A DNA stretch of 64,000 nt from Sneathiellales bacterium (GTDB lineage Bacteria > Pseudomonadota > Alphaproteobacteria > JANQFL01): assembly GCA_028277845.1 (NCBI GenBank), contig JANQFL010000011.1, forward strand, positions 200,887 to 264,886, read 5' to 3'. The position numbers were made by a program, and so were the translations under genes. Under the pieces are notes generated by a model that had not been told where the DNA came from, did not search any database, and worked only from the letters and a program-made list of their open reading frames with translations. This document shows positions 1 through 7,483 of this stretch, piece by piece. Within the stretch, counting starts at the first letter, position 1, and every line of letters begins with the position of its first letter.

Positions 1-415
1 GAACGGCGACGATTACCTGGCCGGCGAGGACGGCAACGACATTCTTGAGGGCGGCAGCGGATTCGACACACTGGTTGGCGGTACCGGCGCCGACAAATTC
101 TGGTTCGGCGCCAATGCCAGTTTCGACACCGTAACCGATTTCAACCGGGGTGAGGGCGATAAGATCGTCGTCGAGGAAGGTGTGTTCAATATCGCCAGCG
201 TCGTCGATGGCGACAACTTCACGGTAATCGGCGGCACCTACAATGGGACCAACGGTTCCGGGACGGCTTGGGACGCCAAGCAGGACGCATTCATATTCGA
301 CAGCAACGGCACGCTCTATTACGATGCCAACGGCTCTGACAGCGGGTATACCGTTGTTGCGCAGGTGCAAGGGGTGACGTTGCAAGCCACCGATTTCGAA
401 GTGGATCCCGTCTAG
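1..415 (+). CDS. RTX/Ca-binding repeat protein, C-terminal part (T1SS substrate), partial at window edge
   Basis: Frame 2 reads NGDDYLAGEDGNDILEGGSGFDTLVGGTGADKFWF...DFNRGEGDKI...LYYDANG: GGxGxD-type nonapeptides plus a T1SS C-terminal target region; directly upstream of ABC/MFP genes. Confidence 0.85.
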   Translation, partial: NGDDYLAGEDGNDILEGGSGFDTLVGGTGADKFWFGANASFDTVTDFNRGEGDKIVVEEGVFNIASVVDGDNFTVIGGTYNGTNGSGTAWDAKQDAFIFDSNGTLYYDANGSDSGYTVVAQVQGVTLQATDFEVDPV

Positions 416-462
416 GAACCTCCGGCACCATCGCCGCGCAGTAACTTTGGAATTGGGCACGA

Positions 463-2220
463 TTGACGGCGATGGACTCCATGAATCTCCAGTCAAAGCC
501 GCACAAGGGCTGGCTCAAGCCATTCCTCAAGCCGTTGCGGCCGCTGTTCACCGAGGTCCTGTTCAAGTCCCTGTTCGTTGGAATTCTCGGATTGGCGGCG
601 CCGCTGTTCGTGCTGCAGGTCTATGACCGGGTGGTGTTTCAGGCCGGGCTGAGCACCCTGCAGGGCCTGGTCATCGGCATGGGCGTGGCCATCCTGTTCG
701 ATTTCATGCTGCGCCAGGCCCGCAGCCGGGTCGTGCAGCGCATGGCGTTGCAGATCGACACCGCCGTGGCGCCGGCGCTCTTCGACCGGCTGCAGCATTT
801 ACCGCTCAGGGTGCTGGAGTCGCGGCCGGCCTCGTTCTGGCAGAGCCTGTTCCGTGACGTCGAAGTGGTGCGCAACACCCTGTCCGGCGCCACCGCCATC
901 CTGGTCGCCGACCTGCCTTTCGTGTTCATCTTCATCGGCCTCGTTTACATCATCGCCACGCCTGTGGCCTGGGTGTTCGTCGCCATCGTGCCCGTGTTCC
1001 TGCTGCTGGCCTGGCGCTCCGCCGCGTCCATCGGCGCCGCCACCTTCACCGAGCGGCAGGCCTCGCTGGCCCGTGACGCCCTGCTCGGCGAGATGATGGC
1101 CGGACGCACCACGATCAAGGCATTGGCGTTGGCGCCGGCCATGACGCCCGGTTGGGAACAGCGCCATGTGGCGACGATCCGCGAAGCACGCAGCCGCGGC
1201 GCCGTGACCGACACCTACACCAATATCGGCACCAGCCTGACCATGCTGACCACCATCGTGCTGACCTCCGTCGGCGCGCTGGCCATCCTCGAACAGGAAA
1301 TGACCATCGGCTCCCTGGTGGCGGCCAATATCCTGGCCGGGCGGTTCGTCGCGCCGCTCAATCAGTTGGTGTCCACCTGGCGCAATTTTGCCGGCTTCAA
1401 GCAGGCCTCGCAGCGTCTCGGCGAGGTGTTCGCCCTGACCGAGGAACGGCGGGAAAGCGCGCTCAGTCTGCACGACCCTCAGGGACTGGTGACGCTGGAG
1501 AAACTGCGTTTCCATTTCGGCGACGAGAACAATCCCATCATCGACAACCTCAACCTCGCCATCGGCCCCAACGGCCTGCACGGCGTCACCGGGCGCAACG
1601 GCAGCGGCAAGACCACGCTGCTGAAACTGATGCAGGGCCTGTACGCCCCGGTCGAGGGCCGCGTTCTGCTCGACGATCAGGATGTCGCCCAGTTCACCCG
1701 CCGCGAGCTGGCCCGTTGGATCGGTTACGTGCCGCAGGAGTGTTTCCTGTTCGCCGGCACCATCCGCGACAACATCGCCATCGGCGACCCGGACGCGGAG
1801 GACGATGTCATCCTCCGGGCCGCGAAACGGGCCGGCGTGCACGAGTTCGTGGTCGGCCTGCCCGACGGCTACGCCACCGATATCGGCGAGGCCGGCACCC
1901 GCCTGTCGGGTGGCCAGCGCCAACGCATCGCTATCGCCCGGGCGCTGCTGGGCGAACCCAAGGTGCTGCTGCTCGACGAACCGTCCGGCAATCTCGACCG
2001 CGCCGCCGAGGACGCCTTGAAAACCAATCTGGTCGACCTGTCGCGCGATCATACGGTCATCGCGGTGACCCACTCCCCGGCCCTGCTCGCCGCCTGCCAC
2101 ACCACGCTGGTGCTGGAGGGCGGCCGCATTGTCCTGGCCGGCAAGCCGGAAGATGTCCTGCCCCGCCTGTTCGGTACCGCGCCAGCCAAGCAGCCGGCCA
2201 AAGTGAAGACCGTGCCGTGA
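463..2220 (+). CDS. Type I secretion ABC transporter (permease/ATPase, PrtD/HlyB-like)
   Basis: LQVYDRV transmembrane domain, Walker A GRNGSGKT, signature LSGGQRQR, Walker B LLLDEP. Confidence 0.93.
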   Translation: MTAMDSMNLQSKPHKGWLKPFLKPLRPLFTEVLFKSLFVGILGLAAPLFVLQVYDRVVFQAGLSTLQGLVIGMGVAILFDFMLRQARSRVVQRMALQIDTAVAPALFDRLQHLPLRVLESRPASFWQSLFRDVEVVRNTLSGATAILVADLPFVFIFIGLVYIIATPVAWVFVAIVPVFLLLAWRSAASIGAATFTERQASLARDALLGEMMAGRTTIKALALAPAMTPGWEQRHVATIREARSRGAVTDTYTNIGTSLTMLTTIVLTSVGALAILEQEMTIGSLVAANILAGRFVAPLNQLVSTWRNFAGFKQASQRLGEVFALTEERRESALSLHDPQGLVTLEKLRFHFGDENNPIIDNLNLAIGPNGLHGVTGRNGSGKTTLLKLMQGLYAPVEGRVLLDDQDVAQFTRRELARWIGYVPQECFLFAGTIRDNIAIGDPDAEDDVILRAAKRAGVHEFVVGLPDGYATDIGEAGTRLSGGQRQRIAIARALLGEPKVLLLDEPSGNLDRAAEDALKTNLVDLSRDHTVIAVTHSPALLAACHTTLVLEGGRIVLAGKPEDVLPRLFGTAPAKQPAKVKTVP

Positions 2221-3521
2221 GCACGCCCGGCGAAAACACGCTCGAAAGCCTGCAGGCGGAATCCGGCCGCTCGGGCTGGCGTGTGTTCGGCTGGCTGGTC
2301 ATGGCGTTGCTGGTGGCCGGCATCGTGTGGGCCCAACTGACCCAAATCGACGAAGTCGCGGTCGCGCCGGGCGAAGTCGTGCCGCGCGGCCAGGTCAAGG
2401 TCATCCAGCACCTGGAGGGCGGCCTGATCCAGAACATCTTCGTGGCGGAAGGCAGCCAGGTAAAAGCCGGCGAGCCGCTGTTGCAGCTCGACCTGGCGCT
2501 GACGGCGGTCAATCCCGCGGAGTTGCAGGTGCGGCTGGATGGCCTTCTGCTCACCCGGGTGCGCTTGAGGGCGGAATCGGAGAACAAAAAGCTGGTCTTT
2601 CCGAAAGACCTCAGGGGCCGTTTGCCGGAGCTGGAGGCCGCGGAACGGGAAACCTATGCCGCCAACGTCAAGACCCTTAACGCGGCCAAGGCCGTGCTGC
2701 GCAAACAACTGCGCCAGCGTGAGTTGGACATCGACGAGTTGAAGGCCACCCGGGCCGCCGTGACCAACGACCTGAAGCTGGCGCGGCGCAACCTGACCAT
2801 GTCCGAGGAACTGCTCAAGGACGAACTGACGTCCAAGATGGAGCACCTGGAACGGGTGCGCGAGGTGGAGTCCCTGCAAGGCCGCCTGAATTCGATCGAT
2901 CCGACGATCCCGCGGGCCACGGCCGCCCTGGCCGAGACCCGCGAACGGCTGCGCGAGGAAGACCTCAAATTCCGCCGCGCCGCCCGCGACGAACTGGGCA
3001 AGACCGAGCTGTCCATCGCCCGCACCCGCGAACTGCTAAGCGAGGCCGACAAACAGGTTCGCCGCACGGAAATCCGCAGCCCCATCGATGGCACCGTCAA
3101 GAACCTGCGCTACCACACCATCGGCGGCGTGGTGCGGCCGAGCGAACCGATCATGGAAATCGTGCCGGTGAGCGAAACCCTGGTCATCGAAGCCAAGCTC
3201 AATCCGATCGACCGCGGCTATGTCCGCACCGGCCAGCAGGCACTGGCAAAAATCTCGACCTATGATTTCGTCCGCTACGGCGGGCTGGACGGCACGGTCG
3301 TGCACATCGGCGCCGATTCCAGCATCGGCGAGGACGGCGTACCGTATTACAAGGTGATCATGGAGACCGACCGCTCGCACCTCGGCGCCCGGGCCGGCGA
3401 ACTGCCCATATTGCCCGGCATGCAGGCCACGGTGGATATCCAAACCGGCAGCCGCAGCGTGTTGGACTTCATCCTCAAGCCGCTCCTGCGCCTGAAATCG
3501 GAAGCCTTCCGCGAGCGCTGA
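2217..3521 (+). CDS. HlyD-family type I secretion membrane fusion protein
   Basis: GTG start overlaps the ABC stop (GTGA); single TM, QHLEGG, coiled coil, IRSPIDG, PGMQATVDIQTG. Confidence 0.93.
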   Translation: MSTPGENTLESLQAESGRSGWRVFGWLVMALLVAGIVWAQLTQIDEVAVAPGEVVPRGQVKVIQHLEGGLIQNIFVAEGSQVKAGEPLLQLDLALTAVNPAELQVRLDGLLLTRVRLRAESENKKLVFPKDLRGRLPELEAAERETYAANVKTLNAAKAVLRKQLRQRELDIDELKATRAAVTNDLKLARRNLTMSEELLKDELTSKMEHLERVREVESLQGRLNSIDPTIPRATAALAETRERLREEDLKFRRAARDELGKTELSIARTRELLSEADKQVRRTEIRSPIDGTVKNLRYHTIGGVVRPSEPIMEIVPVSETLVIEAKLNPIDRGYVRTGQQALAKISTYDFVRYGGLDGTVVHIGADSSIGEDGVPYYKVIMETDRSHLGARAGELPILPGMQATVDIQTGSRSVLDFILKPLLRLKSEAFRER

Positions 3522-4826
3522 TCAATCGCCCTTCAGGGTGACGAAGCGGCAGTAGGGTTTGATGGCCTTGACGCCGGCCCCCTCGCCGACCAGCGCGACC
3601 ACTTGGTCGACATCCTCGACCACCAGCCCGGACAGCACCTCGATGCCGTAGGCGTGCAGTTGCGGCGCCATCGGCGTGCCCGGCCCGACCAGGGCGAAGC
3701 GGGCCGTACCCCGGGCCCGCAGCAAGCCTTCCAGTGTGCGGTTGACCAGAGTGGACGACGTCACCGCCGCCGCCTCGCAACGGGCCATCAATCGGGGCGC
3801 GGCGACGGAGGCGAACTCGCCCTCCTTGGGAAACTGCTCGACCACCAGAGGCTGGCGCAACCGTTCCGCCAAGCCCGGAAAGCGGCCGATGACGGCCACC
3901 GGGGCATCGATGGCCGCGAAGACGTCGAGGCCGTTCTGATGCGGTGCCTGCAAATCGTAACGATTGAAGTGGGCATTGATGGCGGCAACGCCGATGGCGG
4001 TTTCCGCCGGGTTCCACGACTGCGCCAGCGACGCCAGTTCGTTCAGCGGCCGGCCCGCCAGAGTGCCGACACCGGGTATGGCGCGGCAGCCGGGATGGTC
4101 GTGGGCCGGCGACTTGGCCAGGCCGCAGCCGTCCGGTCCCTCGACCAATGTCCAGTTGCGCCCGACCACGACCCGCTTGGCAGACACGTCGGAAACGGCG
4201 CGCCGCAGTTCTTCGATCAGGGGGTCCGCGCCCCACCAGCGCCAAAGAGCGTCTTCGGTACACGGCAGCAGATCGGACAGGCCGCCGGTAAACGTGTTCC
4301 AGCGTTCGAGCACACCCGCCGGCACGGCAACCAGAACGGGGATGCCCTCCGCCGCCGCGGTGAGGATCTCTTCCGCCAGGCCCTCGCCCTCCTGCTCCCG
4401 CTCGCCGAATTTCTCGACCACGACCAGATCAACTTTGTCGGCGATGGCGCGGCGCAGCGCGGCGGTCGAAGCCGCCAGGGCGGAGCGGTCGAGGGAGCAC
4501 GTCTTGGTCTCCAGATCGTGCGCCGTCGGACGGGCAAGCGGAATGTGCGCGCCGGTATCGACCTCGACGGCATCGAGACCCAGCCGGCTGCCGTCGTCGT
4601 TCAACATGATTTCCTGCACCAGCCCGCCGACCCGCCAGCCGCGGCGCTTCAATTCGGCGGCGAACGGCGCCAGAACATGGCGTTGTTCGGTTTCCGGCGT
4701 ATACAGCACGGCGCCGATCCGGATCTGCGGCGCCACGGCGTCGATATCGGCGTCGAACCGGCTGGCAACCAGTCCGGGCTCGTCCGCCCTCGATTTCCCG
4801 TGCATGTCCGCATCCCTGGTATTCAT
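3522..4826 (-). CDS. DUF2478 (NTPase-like) fused to DUF4213/DUF364 Rossmann-like domain
   Basis: N-half TCSLD...DLVVVEKFGEREQEGEGL...GIPVL (DUF2478); C-half AAINA...IGRFP...TSSTLVNRTL...VGPGTP (DUF364); ATG at 4826 with GGAG upstream. Confidence 0.75.
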   Translation of the reverse strand: MNTRDADMHGKSRADEPGLVASRFDADIDAVAPQIRIGAVLYTPETEQRHVLAPFAAELKRRGWRVGGLVQEIMLNDDGSRLGLDAVEVDTGAHIPLARPTAHDLETKTCSLDRSALAASTAALRRAIADKVDLVVVEKFGEREQEGEGLAEEILTAAAEGIPVLVAVPAGVLERWNTFTGGLSDLLPCTEDALWRWWGADPLIEELRRAVSDVSAKRVVVGRNWTLVEGPDGCGLAKSPAHDHPGCRAIPGVGTLAGRPLNELASLAQSWNPAETAIGVAAINAHFNRYDLQAPHQNGLDVFAAIDAPVAVIGRFPGLAERLRQPLVVEQFPKEGEFASVAAPRLMARCEAAAVTSSTLVNRTLEGLLRARGTARFALVGPGTPMAPQLHAYGIEVLSGLVVEDVDQVVALVGEGAGVKAIKPYCRFVTLKGD

Positions 4827-4934
4827 CGCCAACTCCCGACCGTGACCGCCCAATATATAGTGCATGTTGGGCAAATTACCGGCCCAGAGAACGATATTCC
4901 CGGCAATTCGGCATTGAGCAGGGTCAAGACGGAT

Positions 4935-5345
4935 CTATCGGCGATTCTCGACCTCAACTTGAATCCTATCGGTAATCGCTTCGAGATCGTCTTTCACCTC
5001 ATGTTCCCAGAACCGCATCACCTTCCAGCCTTCATTACTCAACTGAATGGTGATTTCCTCATCACGCTCTTTGTTCCGCTTCAGTTTTTTTGTCCAGAAC
5101 TTGGCATTACTTTTTGGTTCGACCGCATGTTGAGGGCAGCTATGCCAAAAGCAGCCATCGACAAAAACTGCAACTTTTGCTCCGGCAAATACAATGTCGG
5201 GTCGACCTGGAAGTCGTTGATTGATCCGGTAGCGTATTCCTCTTGCCCACAAAGAACGACGAAGTGCCAGCTCCGGTTTAGTGTCTTTACCCTTAATTCG
5301 GGACATGCAGCGACTGCGCTGCTCCTGCGTCATAACATCAGGCAT
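4935..5345 (-). CDS. vsr: Very short patch repair endonuclease
   Basis: DVMTQEQRSRCMSRIKGKDTKPE, PGRPDI, FVDGCFWHSCP, FWEHE motifs. Confidence 0.95.
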   Translation of the reverse strand: MPDVMTQEQRSRCMSRIKGKDTKPELALRRSLWARGIRYRINQRLPGRPDIVFAGAKVAVFVDGCFWHSCPQHAVEPKSNAKFWTKKLKRNKERDEEITIQLSNEGWKVMRFWEHEVKDDLEAITDRIQVEVENRR

Positions 5346-5430
5346 TTATTGTGTTCCGTCATAGTTTAGCCTGGCTTTTTGTTTACAACCTGGTAGCCTG
5401 GTGGCCCGATTCGCGATCAGAGTAAATGAC

Positions 5431-6396
5431 ATGTGTGCTGTACGAACACTCGACATCTTCTGCGGCGGGGGCGGGAGCAGTTACGGTGCGCAAACTGCTG
5501 GTGCCGAGATCATATGTGGCATTGATATGGATGCAGTTGCCACCGCGACTTTCAAGCACAATTTTCCAAACGCCAAGGTAAAGACCTCGCTTCTTGAAAA
5601 CATCAAGCAGAACAAACTACGTGACCAGTTAGGAGATATTGATCTTCTGCTTGCATCGCCCGAATGCACAAATCACACCTGTGCAAAAGGCTCGGCACCG
5701 CGATCCGAGGAAAGCCGCGCCACGGCTATGCAGACAATCCGTTTCGCCAGGGCTTTCGAACCACGATGGATCATTATGGAGAATGTCATTCATATGCGCC
5801 CGTGGTCACGCTATGGCGAACTGAAGGGAACTCTGGAAGATCTGGGATACAACATCCGGGAGAATATCCTTGATGCAACCGACTTCGGTGTTGGTCAAAA
5901 TCGCCGCCGCTTGTTCATCGTCGCCGACCGTGAGGATCAACCATCTGACATTAGTACACCCGAGAACGTGGAGGTTCCAACGGTTGAGAAAATTCTCGAT
6001 GAATCCGACACGTGGGATATGACGCCGCTTTACAAAGAAGGAAGAGCCAAGGCAACGATCAAACGGGCCGAAAGAGGTTTTGCCGAGCTAGGCAGAGATC
6101 AGCCGTTTCTACTGGTTTACTACGGGAGCGACGGCAGTGGTGGCTGGCAGAGAATCGATCGTCCACTCAGGACAATAACGACGGTAGACAGATTTGCGCT
6201 TGTTGAACCCGGAGAAGGTGGTCATCAGATGCGTATGCTTCAGGTACCTGAGTTACAACGGGCCATGGGCTTTAAAGAGGACTACGAACTGACAGTGGGT
6301 ACTCGTCGCGATAAAATTCGATTACTAGGAAATGGAGTATGCCCTCCTGTTATGAAGGCTGTTGTCGACGAACTTACTGTGCGGCAATGTGCGTAA
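5431..6396 (+). CDS. dcm: DNA (cytosine-5) methyltransferase, SPEC-type motif IV
   Basis: Motif I DIFCGGGG, motif IV LASPECTNH, motif VI MENV, motif VIII QNRRRLF, motif X LGNGV. Confidence 0.93.
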   Translation: MCAVRTLDIFCGGGGSSYGAQTAGAEIICGIDMDAVATATFKHNFPNAKVKTSLLENIKQNKLRDQLGDIDLLLASPECTNHTCAKGSAPRSEESRATAMQTIRFARAFEPRWIIMENVIHMRPWSRYGELKGTLEDLGYNIRENILDATDFGVGQNRRRLFIVADREDQPSDISTPENVEVPTVEKILDESDTWDMTPLYKEGRAKATIKRAERGFAELGRDQPFLLVYYGSDGSGGWQRIDRPLRTITTVDRFALVEPGEGGHQMRMLQVPELQRAMGFKEDYELTVGTRRDKIRLLGNGVCPPVMKAVVDELTVRQCA

Positions 6397-7480
6397 TAAG
6401 ATCTTCAGTGCTAAGTTCGGGTTGACCAACTCTCCCCAAATAGGACGCCCATCTCTGGATTAAATTCGGAATAAACTGCGGCGTTATCGAAGCTATTCGA
6501 TGATCAATAAGTTCTTCCACTCTCTCATTCGGTACGGAGATCACATTCTTAAAGTTCACGATCCAAGGGCCTTCTTCCGCACATGGAGGCAGAAAGTGCA
6601 AGCTACTCTCAACATTTTGATTCGCCCAACCTTTTACTTTGTCTGTTATCTTTCTGCTTGGTTTTCCATCGTTCTTGACTATGGCATCCTTCAATTCTTG
6701 CCAGTTTTCTGATAAGTCTGTGCACGGCGCCAACAAAATATTATCAGGATAATCTCTTGCAATATTGCACTGTGGGGTGACGACGACGCAGACGTTACCA
6801 TCTAGTCGAGTTATGTCGCCTGTGTGAAGCCGGTCTCGAATTGGTGGTACAAAGTAAAATTCGTGAAGATGGAACTTATCTACTTCAACGCCGGGTAGAG
6901 ACAGGGTTTCAGCCAGAAACGCAACCACTTGCCGACTGACTACATGAAATAGGGCTTCTTCCTTGAGCGCATGTGTTTGACCATCTTGCCATTGAGGCCA
7001 GACCGATTTATAGAAAATACGTGCTGTCTCAATATTGAGTCGACTTCTCGTTTCTCTCATAGCATTCATTAGAGGAGCTTGCTCGGCCAGCCATTTAAAC
7101 GCCTCCTGGTGCGAGTCAGTGTCTTTCACCAATATCTTAAATGGTAAGTTATCGAACTCTTCACTGAGTTCTCTGGTGTGACCGCTATGGATCAACACAG
7201 GAACAGCGTGATTTGAAACAACTTCTCGGATCGCTGCGTTTCCATGTCGCTCGTCCCCAGTTTCGTCGCCAGTATTGGGGACACGTAAATCAAGCATCGC
7301 ACAATCGACATATTGCGAGGAAAACGTTTCTATGGCTTCTGAAGTTGACTTGACAGCTGTAATACTCAGCTTGATCGGACTGTCCGCTGACTGGTTGTAT
7401 TCCTGAACGTTCCTCTGAAGTCGTTCAATTTCGGTCTGTTCGTCTTCGAGTACAAGGAGATGAAATGTCGGACTAGGCAT
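6374..7480 (-). CDS. Receiver-domain protein with uncharacterised C-terminal domain
   Basis: REC residues LVLEDE, AMLDL (phosphoacceptor), HSG, VKD; C-terminal HTGDI...VTPQCN...HFLPP...YLGRVGQP; no HTH recognised; 3 bp downstream of the kinase gene. Confidence 0.8.
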   Translation of the reverse strand: MPSPTFHLLVLEDEQTEIERLQRNVQEYNQSADSPIKLSITAVKSTSEAIETFSSQYVDCAMLDLRVPNTGDETGDERHGNAAIREVVSNHAVPVLIHSGHTRELSEEFDNLPFKILVKDTDSHQEAFKWLAEQAPLMNAMRETRSRLNIETARIFYKSVWPQWQDGQTHALKEEALFHVVSRQVVAFLAETLSLPGVEVDKFHLHEFYFVPPIRDRLHTGDITRLDGNVCVVVTPQCNIARDYPDNILLAPCTDLSENWQELKDAIVKNDGKPSRKITDKVKGWANQNVESSLHFLPPCAEEGPWIVNFKNVISVPNERVEELIDHRIASITPQFIPNLIQRWASYLGRVGQPELSTEDLITHIAAQ

Positions 7481-7483
7481 ACT

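Noticed and set aside
1152-2216. N-terminal ~355 aa of the 789-aa ORF 1152..3521
   Set aside because: Out-of-frame overlap with the ABC transporter, Arg/Pro-rich junk; the HlyD protein starts at GTG 2217
1-3521. Missing TolC as a sign of a defective T1SS
   Set aside because: The outer membrane component is often encoded elsewhere and the locus is cut by the window edge
4830-4930. ModE box or Moco riboswitch upstream of the DUF2478 gene
   Set aside because: Only a weak TATATA resemblance; cannot be supported without a covariance-model search
3603-5369. 588-aa plus-strand ORF and similar long antisense ORFs (e.g. 799..2100, 18444..19931, 52547..53977, 54981..56513, 62164..63648)
   Set aside because: Shadow frames opposite well-supported genes in GC-rich DNA; no motifs
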